Shown in pieces: positions 17,091-20,000 of a DNA stretch of 20,000 bases (its first letter is position 1; each line of letters opens with the position of its first letter). Under the pieces are notes generated by a model. The model did no database searches. It was not told where the DNA came from and worked only from the letters and a program-made list of their open reading frames with translations. The position numbers and the translations under genes are program-made. Origin of the DNA: Mesotaenium endlicherianum. Its lineage: Eukaryota. The stretch is from positions 160,809 through 180,808 of the forward strand of contig WELA01000374.1 in assembly GCA_009602735.1 (NCBI GenBank), in the 5' to 3' direction.

Positions 17091-19828
17091 AAGCAAAACT
17101 GAGTGAACATTGTCTGCATGCAGAGAGGTAATGAAAGGTGAAGTGGATGATGACGGGCTGCACTGTGAGGGAGGGGGGCACTGGGAAGACACAAGTCCCC
17201 TTCCCTGCCTCCCCTCTCCCTTCTGCTCTCCCTCCCCCTCCCCCTCCCCTCCTGTCCCTGTACCCCCCCTTCCCTCCCCTCCCATCCCCCTCCCCTCCCC
17301 TGCGTGACTCGGTCCCTCGTGCTTCACGTGGCGTTGGAGAGCAGGAGAAGCATGGGGGTTCGTGAGTGAGAGAACATGGGGGAGGAGGAAAGTGCAGAAA
17401 CAAGAAAAAGCTAGTGGAATATGGAAGGAGGGGAAGGGGGGGAAGGGGGGGAAGNNNNNNNNNNNNNNNNNNNNNNNNNNNNNNNNNNNNNNNNNNNNNN
17501 NNNNNNNNNNNNNNNNNNNNNNNNNNNNNNNNNNNNNNNNNNNNNNNNNNNNNNNNNNNNNNNNNNNNNNNNNNNNNNNNNNNNNNNNNNNNNNNNNNNN
17601 NNNNNNNNNNNNNNNNNNNNNNNNNNNNNNNNNNNNNNNNNNNNNNNNNNNNNNNNNNNNNNNNNNNNNNNNNNNNNNNNNNNNNNNNNNNNNNNNNNNN
17701 NNNNNNNNNNNNNNNNNNNNNNNNNNNNNNNNNNNNNNNNNNNNNNNNNNNNNNNNNNNNNNNNNNNNNNNNNNNNNNNNNNNNNNNNNNNNNNNNNNNN
17801 NNNNNNNNNNNNNNNNNNNNNNNNNNNNNNNNNNNNNNNNNNNNNNNNNNNNNNNNNNNNNNNNNNNNNNNNNNNNNNNNNNNNNNNNNNNNNNNNNNNN
17901 NNNNNNNNNNNNNNNNNNNNNNNNNNNNNNNNNNNNNNNNNNNNNNNNNNNNNNNNNNNNNNNNNNNNNNNNNNNNNNNNNNNNNNNNNNNNNNNNNNNN
18001 NNNNNNNNNNNNNNNNNNNNNNNNNNNNNNNNNNNNNNNNNNNNNNNNNNNNNNNNNNNNNNNNNNNNNNNNNNNGGGGGGGGGGCTTACACGCGGCAAT
18101 TCTTCCCTCCAGATCCCTTCCATGGATGGAAAGGCAACCAGGCCCCGCAGCTTTGCTCCTCCCCCTCAACTCAAAACCCCAACCCCTAAGCGTAAGCGTA
18201 ACCCTAACCCTAATTGACCAACCCCAAGCTCTGAACTAGACAGCACACGCCACACCCTCACCCCTCTGCATACCTGCCAGGTGGCATCGATCTCCTTCCC
18301 GCGCGCGATGCGGGTGGGGCGAGCGTACGCCATCACAATCGGCTCAAGCTCCCCGCGGGCCGCCAGCTCATCCATCTGCAAATTGAGCGCGTCAGATGCT
18401 GCCAGATGTCAGATGTAGTCAGATGCCGTCAGATACCGTCAGATGTTCAATACAGAGGTAAGGTAAGGCCTGCTAAACATGTGGCGCCGCGTGGAGACAA
18501 GAGGAGAGGTCAAAGGATCCCCAAACCCCGTGGACTCTGGCAACGTGCCACTTGTCGCTGCACGCGTGCAGCCTGCCTTTGCTCTCCTTTGTTAATGTTA
18601 AGTACTCGAGGAATCAAAGAATCAGGAAAGATTGAGAAAGAGAGAGGAGAATGAGGGCTGCCATGAGGAGGCCAACAGTGAGTAAAAGCATGCATCTTCT
18701 CCATCTTTATTTGTCGTATAAAAAAACAATGGAGACGGGAGAAGGGGGAGGAGGTGGGAGGCGGGAGGAAGGAGGGAGGGGGGAAGGGGGAAGGATAGAG
18801 AGGAGGAAATGAGGGAGGAGGAAGGAGGGCGGAGGGGATGGAAGGAGGGAGATATGACACCTGGGCAACGGAGCGGGCGGCAAGGGCCGGCGTGGCGCCA
18901 CGTTGCGCCAGCACGGCTCGCACAACCTCCACGCTGGCACCCGCGTCCACCAGCAGCTGCTCCAGGCGCCTCACCACAAAGCTGACGACCTGCCAGGGGG
19001 GGAGGGGAGAGGGTAGGAGCGAGAGGGAGGTTCGAAGGAGGGAGGGAGGAAGCAGCCGTGGATGTAAGGTGAAGGAAGGGTGAATGCTCATTACTTGCGA
19101 AGGGAGAGTGGAGGGGGGAGGGCGGAGGGTGGAGAGCAGAGGGCGGGNNNNNNNNNNNNNNNNNNNNNNNNNNNNNNNNNNNNNNNNNNNNNNGGAGGAG
19201 GGAGGAGGGAGGAGGGAGGGGGAAGGGGCAGCATAGATGCAAGACTGGGGCAAGCGTGAGTGTCTCTGTGCTCGAAACAGCACGTGCGTGTCATCGGAAA
19301 CAGCAGCAGCACACGCCAGCACGTGCCCCTGCGTCTATGCGGAGGCTTTGACGGGCAGAGCACGATGGTCCACCAGCATGAAGACACACCACGCAAGCAG
19401 ACTCTAGACCACAGGCAGGCAGGCAGGCACGAACAGCTGTTATGCACAGCCATTGCACGAGGCAGGGAGATCCCCCTCGGGGTGCAATAGCACCCGACGC
19501 TTTCACGGGCTGAGCGGTGGGCTGCCAGTGAGAAACTTCCCAGATGAGCTCTCACGCAAGCGTAGGCTTCAGCCCACCCCAACCGCCACATGCGGACTCT
19601 CACAGGGACCATCCTACACAGGCAAGTCCCGACTTCGGAGCGTTCTTCAAAACAGCGACATCGTCGACAGCGAAACAGCGAAACAGCGACAGCGCGGGGC
19701 CAGGAGTGAGCCGCCTCTCGCACCTGCGCCTGCGTCTCCGAGGAGACCTCGATGGGCTGAGCGCGTGCCACGATCTCCACCGCCCGCGCCAGATCCAACG
19801 CCTTGTCGTTCTCCGTCAGCGATTGCAC
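14563..19828 (-). CDS. EDD1: Organellar (chloroplast/mitochondrial) glycyl-tRNA synthetase, bacterial-type beta-chain C-terminus, 5'-partial: complement(join(14563..14661,15681..15766,16873..16954,18274..18375,18861..18989,19724..19828))
   Basis: Spliced translation VQSLTENDKALDL...FVVRRLEQLLVDAG...AYARPTRIARGK...EERELW...LIEPLDKFFSNVFVMAEDEELRKNRLALVRDIAALPNGVADLSLLPGF*. It carries the GlyRS-beta anticodon-domain motif FF..V.VM.ED...R.NRLAL and the LPGF terminus I recognise from plant EDD1. All introns are GT..AG and phase-compatible (0,0,0,1,0). Confidence 0.93.
15681..15766 (-). CDS. EDD1: GlyRS exon (GVSVDEFADASLVLIEPLDKFFSNVFVMA)
   Basis: Acceptor GGCAG|GC, donor GCC|GTGAGA. Confidence 0.92.
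16873..16954 (-). CDS. EDD1: GlyRS exon (VSEERFEVDEERELWAAYQSAASQIRP)
   Basis: Acceptor TCCAG|GTC, donor CAG|GTGCGC (phase 1). Confidence 0.9.
17455..18075. other. Assembly gap (N run); smaller gaps at 2865-2902, 5294-5403 and 19148-19193
   Basis: N characters. All gaps are intronic and flanked by polypurine/polypyrimidine tracts. Confidence 0.99.
18172..18213. repeat. Degenerate telomere-like (CCCTAA)n tract, intronic
   Basis: aaaaccccaacccctaagcgtaagcgtaaccctaaccctaa. Confidence 0.6.
18274..18375 (-). CDS. EDD1: GlyRS exon (MDELAARG...YARPTRIARGKEIDATWQ)
   Basis: Acceptor TTGCAG|ATG, donor CAG|GTATGC; 34 codons. Confidence 0.92.
18391..18446. repeat. Short tandem repeat with a GTCAGAT core (~6 copies), intronic
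   Basis: gtcagatgctgccagatgtcagatgtagtcagatgccgtcagataccgtcagatg. Confidence 0.8.
18861..18989 (-). CDS. EDD1: GlyRS exon (VVSFVVRRLEQLL...RSVAQ)
   Basis: Acceptor GGCAG|GTC, donor CAG|GTGTCA; 43 codons. Confidence 0.92.
19724..19828 (-). CDS. EDD1: GlyRS exon (VQSLTEND...ETQAQ)
   Basis: Acceptor CGCAG|GTG, donor CAG|GTGCGA; 35 codons. Confidence 0.85.
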
Positions 19829-20000
19829 CTGCGTCGAATTGTCCCCACCCCCCAACCCGCACCCCGCACCCGCACCCCGCACACGCACCCCCACCCGAGG
19901 GAGGAGGGCCCCATGCCCCCTCAGCCTCCGCCAAAGCATTAGCCACAGAGCGCGTCATGACCTGCATATATTGACTCCCACAACTCCTCCCCCCCCCCTG

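Noticed and set aside
17455..18075. A GlyRS exon hidden in the 621-nt gap
   Set aside because: The flanking exons join in phase (ATWQ|VSEERF) and appear collinear with the family as I recall it, so no exon seems to be missing.
19829..19961. Possible extra GlyRS exon (VMTRSVANALAEAEG...) after TGCAG
   Set aside because: It does not resemble the GlyRS sequence expected just upstream of VQ.L.E; treated as intron.

Overview
Eukaryotic, intron-rich, GC-rich nuclear DNA. It is most consistent with a streptophyte alga (inference: Zygnematophyceae-like, from a GRAS gene, a plant-type organellar GlyRS and a plastid-type rpl21 relic). Most ORFs in the supplied track are artefacts of low-complexity introns, so I built spliced models by hand. 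(1) + strand: a GRAS-family transcription regulator, 5' end outside the window, whose GRAS domain is split by four phase-0 introns (exons <2-565, 1159-1458, 2527-2784, 4069-4350, 5688-5807). (2) - strand: a complete 3-exon gene (10467-9622, 8648-8486, 7943-7741; 403 aa) for a predicted type-I membrane protein with a signal peptide, nine 14-aa Asp/Pro/His repeats, a cadherin-like beta-sandwich of the mainly bacterial type, one TM helix and a YxxL tail. (3) - strand: the last six exons of an organellar glycyl-tRNA synthetase (EDD1 type), 19828-14563. Between genes 1 and 2 lies a decayed plastid DNA insertion (rpl21, possibly with the ndhF 5' end). Region 10.9-14.2 kb holds decayed exon-like or coding relics of unknown identity. 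All family assignments are from motif recognition by eye, not database searches.
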